In this document: positions 18,979-28,062 of the stretch, piece after piece
How positions within the stretch are numbered: position 1 is the stretch's first letter
Layout: each line of letters begins with the position of its first letter
IMG/VR virus record: IMGVR_UViG_3300045988_176686
Length of the DNA: 64,000 bases
Reading direction: 5' to 3' (one strand)
DNA from: a virus
Notes under the pieces: model-generated
Told to the model about the DNA's origin: nothing
Databases searched by the model: none
The model's input: only the letters and a program-made list of their open reading frames with translations
Translations under genes and position numbers: made by a program

Positions 18979-19074
18979 TGCGCGTCACTTGATGTGAGTT
19001 TCGCGCGTCACTTGGTATAAGTTTCGCGCGAAACTTTTTCAATCTTCGCGCGAAGTTTTGAAAATCTTCGCGCG
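18979..19074. promoter_or_regulatory. array of five CGCGCG-core sites (three are TTCGCGCGAA-type palindromes) at 22-23 bp spacing
   Basis: Cores start at 18979, 19002, 19025, 19047 and 19069. Positions 19021-19074 are identical to 54298-54351. Confidence 0.6.
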
Positions 19075-19079
19075 TTGCT

Positions 19080-20849
19080 CTATTCCTGCCCTTGCTTGGT
19101 TACACCCGTCTTAGAGTTGTCGAGCGTGGTGAGTACTTCGCGATCGATTTGCCATACAAGATGTTCGTCCCAACCATTGAATTGGCTAATCACTTCGAGC
19201 GGACGGAGCATGAGTTGCTGCAAAGGTGCAAACTGAATTTGCTTGACTAAGAAGCGTTCGCGCAAGTCGGTGCCACCCGATGAGGAAGCATCGCCAGGGG
19301 TGTTACCAATAAGTTTGGAGTCTAAACCCATGGCAAAGAAGATGATGCTGCTAATCTCTTGCAGCTCAGTTTTGTCGGCTGTGGCTTGGTCGGAAGCCTT
19401 TGTTTCAATCTCCACAATCTCCCATGCCTTGTGTTCCTTACCATCAGAGCCTGTGAAACTTGATGAAAAAAGGGCTTGTCCTGCGTTGTCGCTATTGCTA
19501 AGCCATGTGTTGATTTCGTTGAACACACTTGCCATAATCTCCTTGGGCGACCGCTTTTTGTCCTCTTGCGAGGCTTGGTTGCAAAGGCGGTCTACGTAGT
19601 CTTGGTGAACGTAAATGACACGACCAATGATATTAGAGTTGCGTTTGCGCGTCAATCGGTCGTCAACAATCGTGAAAGCATACTCAAAAATGCTACCCGC
19701 GAAAATGCTGTGCCAAAGTGCATCGGCATAATAAGGACCGCCAAAGTCGCGAGGCGACATAATGAAACGTGTGGGGCGGTTTTTGCGGCTCACGCGGTTT
19801 TGTCGTGCTTCGCGCACAATTCGCTGAAGGTCGCGAACGGCTGTAGCAGCGGGCAAATAAGGCACGGCTGCAATCTTTAAATCCTCTGGTTTAAGGTTGG
19901 CGATGTTTTGCGAGGAGTCGAGCCATTGATTAGAAATGTAGGCGTAGTTGATACGATATTGCGCATCTTGACGCTCCAGTCGGGTTGTGAATACCGAACG
20001 GGGTTTGATGCCTACAACCTTCGGCGTCCAGCGTGAGGTGGGTACGGGTTTGCCGTTTTCGTCGAGTTGACGTTGGTTGAGCTGCAATTCTACAAAGCAT
20101 TGCGACATGAACGACATATCGCCAGCCAACTGCAAGTAGGTGTCCATCAGATCGTTATCGGCACAAAAATGCTTCAGTTCTTCGTTCGTCCATTCCCATT
20201 TGGCAAGCGCATCTTTTAGTTCCTTCATCTCCTCGCTATCCTTGGTGGGGGTGAGGGCTTGTGCCGCATTGGTCAGAGGTTCGTCAGTAGGGTTGGGGTC
20301 GGAGGTTTGCTGCGCTTGTGCTTCTTTGGCTTTGAGGTCGGCAATTAAGCCGCGGAGCAAAACACCTGCATGAGCAAAGGGTATGAATTTTTCGGTAATA
20401 TTGCCTCCCACATATTGGGTGTAATAATATTTGGGTTTGGGTCCATGCACGGCAAGGATTTTCTTGATAAAATCAATGCCTGCTGCGGTGAAGGGCGACA
20501 TGCGCGAAAGAAGCCAAATGAGGTTGGGCAGTCGGTTGCCAATACCCCATTCCATGTAGCCTAAACCTTCGGTGCCTTCTCCTTTGGGTTTAGCAAGACA
20601 TTCACCACCGCTCGAGGCAAAGATGGTGGATATTTGTCGGCGTGCGGCTTGTGAGCCTGCTGTGCCTTGTGCCGTCATGTTGGCTTCGCTAATGAGCATG
20701 GAATGCACATAGTCGTTCCATGAAAAGGCTTTGCTACCTTTGCTGGGAGAACAAAACTCGCCAGGACGGATAGCCACATAGCCAGCGCGATGAAGTTCCT
20801 CACTACGTTCTTGGAACTCGTGCAAATTGCTTACTGTGTTTTTTGCCAT
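19080..20849 (-). CDS. putative portal protein
   Basis: 589-aa ORF in the head-gene block. Assignment rests on size and position only. Confidence 0.4.
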   Translation of the reverse strand: MAKNTVSNLHEFQERSEELHRAGYVAIRPGEFCSPSKGSKAFSWNDYVHSMLISEANMTAQGTAGSQAARRQISTIFASSGGECLAKPKGEGTEGLGYMEWGIGNRLPNLIWLLSRMSPFTAAGIDFIKKILAVHGPKPKYYYTQYVGGNITEKFIPFAHAGVLLRGLIADLKAKEAQAQQTSDPNPTDEPLTNAAQALTPTKDSEEMKELKDALAKWEWTNEELKHFCADNDLMDTYLQLAGDMSFMSQCFVELQLNQRQLDENGKPVPTSRWTPKVVGIKPRSVFTTRLERQDAQYRINYAYISNQWLDSSQNIANLKPEDLKIAAVPYLPAATAVRDLQRIVREARQNRVSRKNRPTRFIMSPRDFGGPYYADALWHSIFAGSIFEYAFTIVDDRLTRKRNSNIIGRVIYVHQDYVDRLCNQASQEDKKRSPKEIMASVFNEINTWLSNSDNAGQALFSSSFTGSDGKEHKAWEIVEIETKASDQATADKTELQEISSIIFFAMGLDSKLIGNTPGDASSSGGTDLRERFLVKQIQFAPLQQLMLRPLEVISQFNGWDEHLVWQIDREVLTTLDNSKTGVTKQGQE

Positions 20850-20883
20850 TGTGATTAGTGTGTGTGGGTTTATAAGGGTTATG

Positions 20884-21921
20884 TTATTTTCTGCTTATCT
20901 TTTCCATCTCTTCATTCTCCTTTGAGAGGCGTTCAAGGTGTTCGAGCACAAGGGAGTATGACTGATGGTTTACTTGATCCTCGGTAAGTCCCGCATACTT
21001 TTGCATGGTGGCAGTGGTTGCGGTGTAAATTTCGAGTGGGATATTGGGTCGGCGGTTGTCTACCTTCTGCACCTTGAATACATGCGGAAAACGCTTGCTT
21101 AGGGTGTGCATCACACCCGTCCACCAAAAAAGTATCACTTGCCATTTATGGTCAGGGAAGTTGCGAAAGTAGGGTGCATGCGTGGTGCATTGGTTGCTTT
21201 CGTAATGGTAGTCGCGCTTCATCATACCCGTGTTGGTGTCGATGTATTTTGTCTTGGCATTGAAAATGGTGGCAAGGAACATTGCTCGAGCCAAATCTAC
21301 ATTTTGCGCTTGTTGCGCCAACTGTTGGGGGGTGAAGGTGCCCATTTGCTGCATCTGCACAAGGCTGTTGCTGAGTTGGGTGTAAGTGCCCATAGTGTCG
21401 GAGGCAAAACGATATTGTGCCCAACTAAATCCGTCGAGGTCGGGGAATGCGCCTTGAAACGTCTTGCGCATGCGCCACCATGAACGGCGACGCTTCATAG
21501 TGGGGTAGGGGAACTTAGTGAGAAACATGCCACGTTCATTGTCGAGCCAATCGAGCATGCCAGCACCTTGCGCCAAATATTCGGCAGACTCTTTGTCGTC
21601 GGTCTTTGCCTTGGGCGAAAGCCAATAGTTAATTTGCCACAAATAAAGTGGGAAGGTGTCGGCACGTTTGCCATCCTTTAAAAAACGACAAGTGTAGTAT
21701 TGCGCTTCGGTTGCCTCACGCGGATTAGGACTTGCCACTATCTGTATGCCAGATAAGGCAAAGAACATAGCCAACTTCACGTTATACATGGAAAAGGTGT
21801 GGTAGCGATCTTGCCTTAACAGTTGCTCTTGCATTACTTGCGATATGAGTTCCAACTGCTCGGTGGTGCATTGGTTCCAATGCTTGGGTAGCGTGAGGTT
21901 TATGCGTTTTGTTTCTTTCAT
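20884..21921 (-). CDS. hypothetical protein
   Basis: 345-aa ORF between the endolysin and the putative portal. Confidence 0.5.
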   Translation of the reverse strand: MKETKRINLTLPKHWNQCTTEQLELISQVMQEQLLRQDRYHTFSMYNVKLAMFFALSGIQIVASPNPREATEAQYYTCRFLKDGKRADTFPLYLWQINYWLSPKAKTDDKESAEYLAQGAGMLDWLDNERGMFLTKFPYPTMKRRRSWWRMRKTFQGAFPDLDGFSWAQYRFASDTMGTYTQLSNSLVQMQQMGTFTPQQLAQQAQNVDLARAMFLATIFNAKTKYIDTNTGMMKRDYHYESNQCTTHAPYFRNFPDHKWQVILFWWTGVMHTLSKRFPHVFKVQKVDNRRPNIPLEIYTATTATMQKYAGLTEDQVNHQSYSLVLEHLERLSKENEEMEKISRK

Positions 21922-21945
21922 TAGGTCGCTTCTTTTTATGTGGCG

Positions 21946-22500
21946 TTACCAAGTGATGAGTCGTCCGCGATTGTCAACCATGTAGGTGTAGTTAATAGCG
22001 TTGATGCGCCTATACCATCCCGCTTCAAACCGCTTTTGTGAGGGAACATTCCGAATGAAGTTGTCAATGAAACGCAAACGACGCGCTCTAAGTTGCCTGA
22101 AAAATGTGGGAGCGTAGGTGCGGTTTAATGCCTCAATGGTTTTTGGCCCCACAATGCCATCGGCTGTTACACCGAGCATTTGTTGTGGAATGACTATGGC
22201 GTGTCTGCCACTGCTCCACGCCCAATCTACAAGCATATTGGCAATGGCTTGGTCGTTGATTTGGTCTGCCTTCCAACGGTTCCAATAGTTTTTGCGCATA
22301 AGGTTAATGGCGTCGGCATCCGTAATGAGCTTTAAATCTTTCACGTCTATGCGTCCATCGCCATTCTTATCATATCCCTGCGCTCGCCATGTGGCAATGG
22401 TCACACCTTTATTTGTAGCACCACCGCGGTCGTTAGGGTCGTTTACAAAGCCACCCTCATACGAGAGGATGAACTTTGCTAAAGGTTCAAGTTTAGCCAT
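21946..22500 (-). CDS. endolysin, glycoside hydrolase family 108 lysozyme with PG_binding_3-like C-terminus
   Basis: LEPLAKFILSYEGGFVNDPNDRGGATNKGVT is the GH108 signature. Start set to the ATG at 22500 because the predicted promoter at 22539-22574 lies inside the longer 22566 ORF. Confidence 0.8.
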   Translation of the reverse strand: MAKLEPLAKFILSYEGGFVNDPNDRGGATNKGVTIATWRAQGYDKNGDGRIDVKDLKLITDADAINLMRKNYWNRWKADQINDQAIANMLVDWAWSSGRHAIVIPQQMLGVTADGIVGPKTIEALNRTYAPTFFRQLRARRLRFIDNFIRNVPSQKRFEAGWYRRINAINYTYMVDNRGRLITW

Positions 22501-22538
22501 GTGTAAATTGTTTGATTGTGTTTCTGTTTTTTGTACTT

Positions 22539-22574
22539 CAAAATTAGTTTTTTGGTTTTGCGGCATAAGGACAT
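22539..22574 (-). promoter_or_regulatory. TGTCC-class promoter (ATGTCCTTAT-N18-TAATTTTG) upstream of the endolysin
   Basis: Minus strand reads ATGTCCTTATGCCGCAAAACCAAAAAACTAATTTTG. Confidence 0.5.
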
Positions 22575-22601
22575 TCTGCTTCTCTCCACCTCCTACACAA
22601 A

Positions 22602-22659
22602 CACAAAAAGCCTCAGTATCTATACCTTTTATTTATAAGGCTTCGATACCGAGGCTTTT
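22602..22659 (-). terminator. intrinsic terminator after the 189-aa gene
   Basis: 15-position stem (one mismatch) 22606-22620 with 22645-22659. U-run and TGTGTTTG follow on the minus strand. Confidence 0.6.
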
Positions 22660-22804
22660 CGAATGTAGAATTTTTTTTGTATGGTGAGCGATTATCTGTC
22701 TTTGCTAAAAAGTGAGGTGGACTGCACTACGGCTTCTTCCTCTGCGTTGGCATCAGACTGCTTGGCGACATCGGCTTCGCTCTGTTGTGTTTGTTCCGTG
22801 TCAC

Positions 22805-23374
22805 CTACTCTTTTTTTGCCGAGGCAAGGAGGCTATCCCAACCGCCTTCGGGAGTGGGGATTTCATAGCGTCCCCAAGTTGTAGGTTGCAGAACGCCCGA
22901 CAAAGTTAACACACGGTTGTCTTCGGGCTTTTTACCCGTATCTCCCTTAATATTACCAGAGTCGTACTTCACATAGTGCTGCTTGTCGTAAACAATGATG
23001 TTAGTGCTACCATCCTCAATGACGTAGCCAACTTTAAGGTTGTTAATGCTACGCGCAATGTCGGCAGATGCTGCATTCACACTTTCAAGCACATAGTCAA
23101 TAATCTGCTTAAATCCCTTTTGAAAACCGAGGTTCTCAAAGTTATGACCCTGACTACCATCCTGACACTCAAACTTGTAAAGACCTTTGCCGGTCTTAAA
23201 AGTATCGGCAGAGAATGTAGGATATTTGTTAGTGCCTGCGGTAGGTTCGAGAGGCTTTGCAAGGTCGCTATACACGAAAGCATAGACGTTCACACCAAGA
23301 CCGCCAAAGTTCTCCAAGCAGTCATTCTCCGCGAGCATGTCGTGGAGCTGGGGGCAAGTTACAGTTTCAGGCAT
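22805..23374 (-). CDS. hypothetical virion protein (abundant-class by context)
   Basis: 189-aa ORF directly after the major capsid gene, bracketed by two terminators. Confidence 0.5.
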   Translation of the reverse strand: MPETVTCPQLHDMLAENDCLENFGGLGVNVYAFVYSDLAKPLEPTAGTNKYPTFSADTFKTGKGLYKFECQDGSQGHNFENLGFQKGFKQIIDYVLESVNAASADIARSINNLKVGYVIEDGSTNIIVYDKQHYVKYDSGNIKGDTGKKPEDNRVLTLSGVLQPTTWGRYEIPTPEGGWDSLLASAKKE

Positions 23375-23402
23375 AATATTAGAATGTTTTTGTGTTGTGT
23401 TA

Positions 23403-23460
23403 AAAAAGAAATGGGGTGGCGGTTGGCTATGTTCGGTCGGGTCAAGTTACCCGTCACCCC
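23403..23460 (-). terminator. intrinsic terminator after the major capsid gene
   Basis: 10-bp stem 23413-23422 with 23451-23460. ATTTCTTTTTT follows on the minus strand. Confidence 0.55.
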
Positions 23461-23498
23461 TGGGTTGGATTTATAGAGCTTATGAGAAAAGCCGTAGG

Positions 23499-24797
23499 TT
23501 ACTCACCTTCCTTCTTGAAGATGGCAGTGATACCCATAGTCATACCCGTAGCAGTGAGCTGAAGGGTCTTTTCGGTCTTGCCGTTGCTCCAGTGAGAGAA
23601 CTTGTTCTTAGCACCGTCTACAGCAACAAGTGTGAGTATTTGGTTAACTGAAGTTGGAACAGGAGCAGTATAGTTAGCACCATTTACAGTTACCTTACCA
23701 TCAACATCTGCTTTACCATCTGTATCAACCGTAGTCACTACGAGGTTTGAGTCAACATAGTCACCAGCCACATATTCAGAAGCAGCAAGCGAACCGTCTG
23801 ACATGCAGAAGGCGTACTTGAACGGATTCTTGATACCTGCACCCTGAATTGACTGAATTTGGAACTGAATATGGCGCATGTCGTCATCAGTACTCATTTT
23901 CACACCTACGTAAGTTTGGTTGTTGAGCGTATCTACACCGTAAACAAAGTTCTTGTCGATGGTTGCATACATACGGTCGCCTTCACCAAAGTCTGCTACA
24001 GGACAGATAGTTACGCGTGAAAGGCCAGGAAGTTTGAAGTTGCCACCCTGTTCATATTCAACCTTGAAGTTGCCGTGATACTTGTTAGCATAACCGGCTG
24101 CAATGTTATTAGCGGTGATCTCGTTCATGTAAACACGAGTCTTAGCTTTGCGCAAACGAGCATCCCACTTCATGTGCCATGCAATAAAGTTGTCGTAAGG
24201 CGTAGAGTCGTCGTTGTCAGCAGGCGCAGTGATTGCATCGCAATGAACCAAGTTGCCGTTAGCCTCGCTGATGATGCCATCCTCGATGTCGTGCTTTACG
24301 CAAGTGTGGAAACCATCGTAAAGAGCCAAAGCCTGTTCGCGAGCGGACTTGCTTTCTGAACCATCATCAAGGCTAATGTCACCATTCCACAAGCAAGCGG
24401 TCAGGTTGTCGGCATAGTTAGTAAGCACCGCAGTAACGGACGCAGTTGAGAATGGGTACTGACCCTGTGCGTCTGTACCGAATACTGTTTCTACATAGCG
24501 GTCAATCGAATCGGTGTAGTGATCCCACGCGAGCTTCACGGTAATTGTACGCTCCTTGAGGAATCCAGACTCGCTGTTAACCTTAGTGTGAACGTCCTTA
24601 CGACGAGTAGTACCACCCTTGCGAAGCATGATGTGGAGAGTTTGCTTGTACTGCAAGCCCGAAACAACATCAATACCCAAGCGATCCATATCGTCTGCAT
24701 CGGTGAAACCAGGACCCATGAGGATTTCCTTAGACACCTGGTCGGCTATGTGCGTAAGAGCATCAATACCAATGAAATTTTCAGGAAGTTTTGCCAT
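23499..24797 (-). CDS. putative major capsid protein with extra C-terminal beta domain
   Basis: 432-aa ORF immediately downstream of the protease/scaffold gene and followed by a terminator. C-terminal about 80 aa (VTVNGANYTAPV...KFSHWSNG) resembles the Listeria-Bacteroides repeat type. Confidence 0.6.
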   Translation of the reverse strand: MAKLPENFIGIDALTHIADQVSKEILMGPGFTDADDMDRLGIDVVSGLQYKQTLHIMLRKGGTTRRKDVHTKVNSESGFLKERTITVKLAWDHYTDSIDRYVETVFGTDAQGQYPFSTASVTAVLTNYADNLTACLWNGDISLDDGSESKSAREQALALYDGFHTCVKHDIEDGIISEANGNLVHCDAITAPADNDDSTPYDNFIAWHMKWDARLRKAKTRVYMNEITANNIAAGYANKYHGNFKVEYEQGGNFKLPGLSRVTICPVADFGEGDRMYATIDKNFVYGVDTLNNQTYVGVKMSTDDDMRHIQFQIQSIQGAGIKNPFKYAFCMSDGSLAASEYVAGDYVDSNLVVTTVDTDGKADVDGKVTVNGANYTAPVPTSVNQILTLVAVDGAKNKFSHWSNGKTEKTLQLTATGMTMGITAIFKKEGE

Positions 24798-24869
24798 AGT
24801 TGTTTTTGTGTTTTTTGTGAATGAAAAGAAGTTTAGTTTCTGTGTTGGTTTTGTTCTGTGGGGGATGTC

Positions 24870-26513
24870 TTACTCCTCACCACGCTTAAAGCGTTCAAAA
24901 GCTGCCTTGCGCTCTGCATTGGTTTTGTAGGGCGTAGGGTCGAACTCGCGAAGCGTCTGCACCTTTGCACCCTCACCGTTATTGGCAGGAGCATCGCCAG
25001 TGTTCTGTTCCTCGCTGGGTTCGTTGGTGAGTTGGTCAATCTGTGCGTCCTTGTCGTTTACCTTCTGTTCGGCAGTAGCAAGGGCTTCTTTTGCACCCGC
25101 TAATTCGGTTTCAACTTGACTCTTACCCTCAGTGAGCGAAGCAATTTCTTCGTCCTTCTTGGCAATAGCCTCGGTGTGGGCGGTGTTGAGCGTTTCAAGT
25201 TCCTTACTGTGCGCTTCGTTAGCGTCGGCAAGAGCCTTTTCTGCGTCTGCCTTGGCTTCGTTGGCTGCGGTTAACTGTGCAGAGAGTTCATCGAACTTGC
25301 CCTGCAATTCTGCGAGGGCGTTCTCTGCTGTGGTGACTTTCTGCTCAGCATCAGTCACCTGCTGCTTGTTGTCATTGAGGTGCGCTTCAAGCGCATCAAG
25401 CAAAGGGGCATTCATAAACGCGCCTTCCTCGGTAGTCTTGATGTCACCTTCCTTCATGCCACAAGCGGCATTGATAAGTGGGTAATTCGCCATATTGATA
25501 GAGGTTTTTGTGTTGTTCTCTTTGGGTTCTGGTTCGTTCTGTGGTTCGGGTTCGTTCTGTGGCGCAGGTTCCTCGTTGGGGGCGTTACGATCAATAGCTT
25601 GTGCTGTGCCATTGTGCAAGGCAAACGCACGCTGAACAACCGACTTGAAGTCTGACTGACCATCAACAAGAATGCCCTCGACGTTCTCGGCATTGAACAC
25701 CTTGCCGTGCAAATGTTCGTCTGTGGCTTTCGGGCAAGCTGCCTTTACATCGGCACGGAACTCTACACCTAAATCGGCAAGTTCTTGCACTAATTTCTCG
25801 GTGTCGCCATCATTGGCGATGTCGCGAAACTCGCGGTTCTTGTCAAACGACTCGGGGTCGTAGAGTTCGTGGTACGTTTCGTTGGTAAACTGATTGGTGC
25901 TGCCGTCGGCTTCGGTGTAGAATGCTGCCATCACGCCAATGCAACCGATCTCGTTCTTTGGGTGCATGTAGTAACGCTCATCGCAAAGTGAAGCGAGATA
26001 CATACCAGCTGAAGCACACATGCCATCGATAAAGGCAAGAACTGGCTGACCCTTGGAGTGTGCATACTCAATGGCTTGCTGATAATCGTTCTTAGCCCAA
26101 GCAGAGCCGCCTGGTGTGTTGATGATGAATACGTGACCGCAACAAAGTGGGTGGTTGGCTGCACGCATCATAATGTCGCGATGGTCAACTGAACCATACG
26201 AGCAACCACCTCCATTGCGAGTAATCGGTCCGTCAATGGTCAACACTGAAACAAATGGAAAGGCTTGTTCCTCTTCGTAATTCAAAGCCCAATTACCTTT
26301 CACTTGTTTACCATCCTCTGAAATCTGATATTCCTCGGGATAGCAAACAGAGCCATCTGCGTCTACGGCAGTAACAAAGCCACAAGTCTTTTCGGGCTTA
26401 CTGAATGCGGCATGCGTATTCAAGTTCTGCTCCAAAGCCTTGCGGATGCCATGCACGAAGTCGGGACTAACCATCCATTTTTTTTCAGTGAGAATTTCGT
26501 AAAGTCCTTTCAT
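24870..26513 (-). CDS. S49 (SppA/ClpP-fold) prohead protease fused to a coiled-coil scaffold-like C-terminus
   Basis: VFIINTPGGSAW...FIDGMCASAGMYLAS matches the S49 pattern. EPEPQN repeats and a long A/E/K coiled coil follow in the C-terminal half. Confidence 0.75.
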   Translation of the reverse strand: MKGLYEILTEKKWMVSPDFVHGIRKALEQNLNTHAAFSKPEKTCGFVTAVDADGSVCYPEEYQISEDGKQVKGNWALNYEEEQAFPFVSVLTIDGPITRNGGGCSYGSVDHRDIMMRAANHPLCCGHVFIINTPGGSAWAKNDYQQAIEYAHSKGQPVLAFIDGMCASAGMYLASLCDERYYMHPKNEIGCIGVMAAFYTEADGSTNQFTNETYHELYDPESFDKNREFRDIANDGDTEKLVQELADLGVEFRADVKAACPKATDEHLHGKVFNAENVEGILVDGQSDFKSVVQRAFALHNGTAQAIDRNAPNEEPAPQNEPEPQNEPEPKENNTKTSINMANYPLINAACGMKEGDIKTTEEGAFMNAPLLDALEAHLNDNKQQVTDAEQKVTTAENALAELQGKFDELSAQLTAANEAKADAEKALADANEAHSKELETLNTAHTEAIAKKDEEIASLTEGKSQVETELAGAKEALATAEQKVNDKDAQIDQLTNEPSEEQNTGDAPANNGEGAKVQTLREFDPTPYKTNAERKAAFERFKRGEE

Positions 26514-26566
26514 GGAGTGTTTAGTGTTTGTGTTGTTATCCTAAAACAATTTTTACCTTATAGCAG

Positions 26567-26640
26567 TTGCGGAAGCAGGACTCGAACCATGCGTTCTCTT
26601 GGTTATGGGCCAAGCGAGATACCATCTTCTCCATTCCGCG
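26567..26640 (-). tRNA. initiator-type tRNA-Met (anticodon CAU), non-canonical
   Basis: Minus strand reads CGCGGAA-TG-GAGA-AGATGGTA-TCTC-G-CTTGG-CCCATAA-CCAAG-AGAAC-GCA(T)GG-TTCGAGT-CCTGC-TTCCGCA-A. Shows the C1xA72 mismatch and A11:U24 pair. Has C33 and a bulged T in the T-stem. No encoded CCA. Confidence 0.65.
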
Positions 26641-26670
26641 ATATGAGGAGTATTCTGTTTTTTCTGCAAG

Positions 26671-26706
26671 CAAAAGTAAGGAGCAACGGTTGCGACGAAA
26701 GGACAA
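26671..26706 (-). promoter_or_regulatory. TGTCC-class promoter (TTGTCCTTTC-N18-TACTTTTG) upstream of the tRNA
   Basis: Minus strand reads TTGTCCTTTCGTCGCAACCGTTGCTCCTTACTTTTG. The -7 box ends about 30 nt before the tRNA 5' end. Confidence 0.45.
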
Positions 26707-26740
26707 AAAAAACGCCGTTGTCCTAATGAACAACGGCGTT
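26703..26740 (-). terminator. intrinsic terminator after the 163-aa gene
   Basis: Stem AACGCCGTTG/CAACGGCGTT (26711-20 with 26731-40) followed by U8 on the minus strand. Confidence 0.7.
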
Positions 26741-26774
26741 TTACGCTGGTTTTAAGGGTATGTTTTCGGTGTGA

Positions 26775-27266
26775 TTATTCTAATCGAATGAAGTCTGACA
26801 TGGCTTTTGCGCTGATGGCAAACTCACGTGCATCGTCGGTTGAAGACTTGCTATCTGTAGACCTAAACGAGAAGGTGTTGGGCAATGTGTTGACAAGATG
26901 GCGTGTACCACCTTGTGTTTGCAATACCATAAAATAATCCGCCTTACGCAGTAATTTTACGGCTTCGCACACGTTATCTTGACCATTTTCTACACTTCCG
27001 CTTATATTAAAGGTGTATAATGTGCCATTTCCCGATTCAGTGAGCGTAGATTTAGCGGTAATGGTTTCTGCTATCACATCAGAATCTTCGCCCGAAGTGT
27101 CGATATGCAGAATGGCTGTGCCAAACTTACCACCACTCATTGATAAAATTTGCGCTACATTAAAAGGTATAGGCAACTGCACCTCGGCGGTCGGATAGAT
27201 ATAAACATCTGTCACTCCTGAAAGGAATTTTTCGCTACAATTATTTGATAAATTCGTTTTGTACAT
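26775..27266 (-). CDS. hypothetical protein
   Basis: 163-aa ORF followed by a strong terminator. Confidence 0.5.
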   Translation of the reverse strand: MYKTNLSNNCSEKFLSGVTDVYIYPTAEVQLPIPFNVAQILSMSGGKFGTAILHIDTSGEDSDVIAETITAKSTLTESGNGTLYTFNISGSVENGQDNVCEAVKLLRKADYFMVLQTQGGTRHLVNTLPNTFSFRSTDSKSSTDDAREFAISAKAMSDFIRLE

Positions 27267-27327
27267 AAATAAGCCGTTTATTTAACATATATTATACCAT
27301 TAATTAACACTACGAAACACTTTTAAT

Positions 27328-28056
27328 TTACTCCCATTCGATGCTGTCTATGTGGTATTCGTCCTCGTTTCCGTCCTCATACTGCATATCAAGACAAGAA
27401 TAGGCACTAAAATTCTTATGCTCGGTATGAAGCCATCGGCCGATAATTCTTCGCAAATTGTCTGTTTCTTGCATGCCCAGTTCTATGTTATATCGCATTA
27501 AGAAGCGTTCGAGCATACAAGTTTGCGAACGGGCTACAATGCGACCATTCGATGTACAATAATCGAAGGTAGACAATGCCCATTCTATTACGGTTCGTTT
27601 GAAATCGTTGTTGAGCATGATAAGCAACTGCCTTACCCCAAAGATGTCTAAATTCCAGGTGGGTGTAACAGAGCGAACCGTATCGAGAACAAGTATTTCG
27701 CTCGGCAATTTAATGCACAAAAAATCCTCGTTCACTGACTTGTTGTAGTCTTTGTAACCGTTTAGCATTTGCACTTCAGCAAAGGTAAGGTAATTATCCA
27801 CTTCTCGTTTCATAATCACATTACCGCCAAGTGGATGCCGACCATACTGCATGTTGCGCCATTGTTGGTGTGAAAAACATTGCGTATTTACGCACTGCTG
27901 CGTAGCTGCATTGTAGATTGAACTGCGCAATAAAAAATACTCTGGTGTATATGAATTAAACACCAATGGTTCATGTTTGGCGATGGGCTTTTTAGGGTCG
28001 CGGTTTCTGAAGAACTGACACCTATTAGTGGGTAAACGAAGATATATATTTGGCAT
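27328..28056 (-). CDS. hypothetical protein
   Basis: 242-aa ORF. No motif recognised. Confidence 0.5.
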   Translation of the reverse strand: MPNIYLRLPTNRCQFFRNRDPKKPIAKHEPLVFNSYTPEYFLLRSSIYNAATQQCVNTQCFSHQQWRNMQYGRHPLGGNVIMKREVDNYLTFAEVQMLNGYKDYNKSVNEDFLCIKLPSEILVLDTVRSVTPTWNLDIFGVRQLLIMLNNDFKRTVIEWALSTFDYCTSNGRIVARSQTCMLERFLMRYNIELGMQETDNLRRIIGRWLHTEHKNFSAYSCLDMQYEDGNEDEYHIDSIEWE

Positions 28057-28062
28057 AAAACT

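Noticed and set aside
22501-22566. Longer start (22566) for the endolysin
   Set aside because: The predicted promoter (22539-22574) lies within the extension. The GH108 homology begins right after the ATG at 22500.
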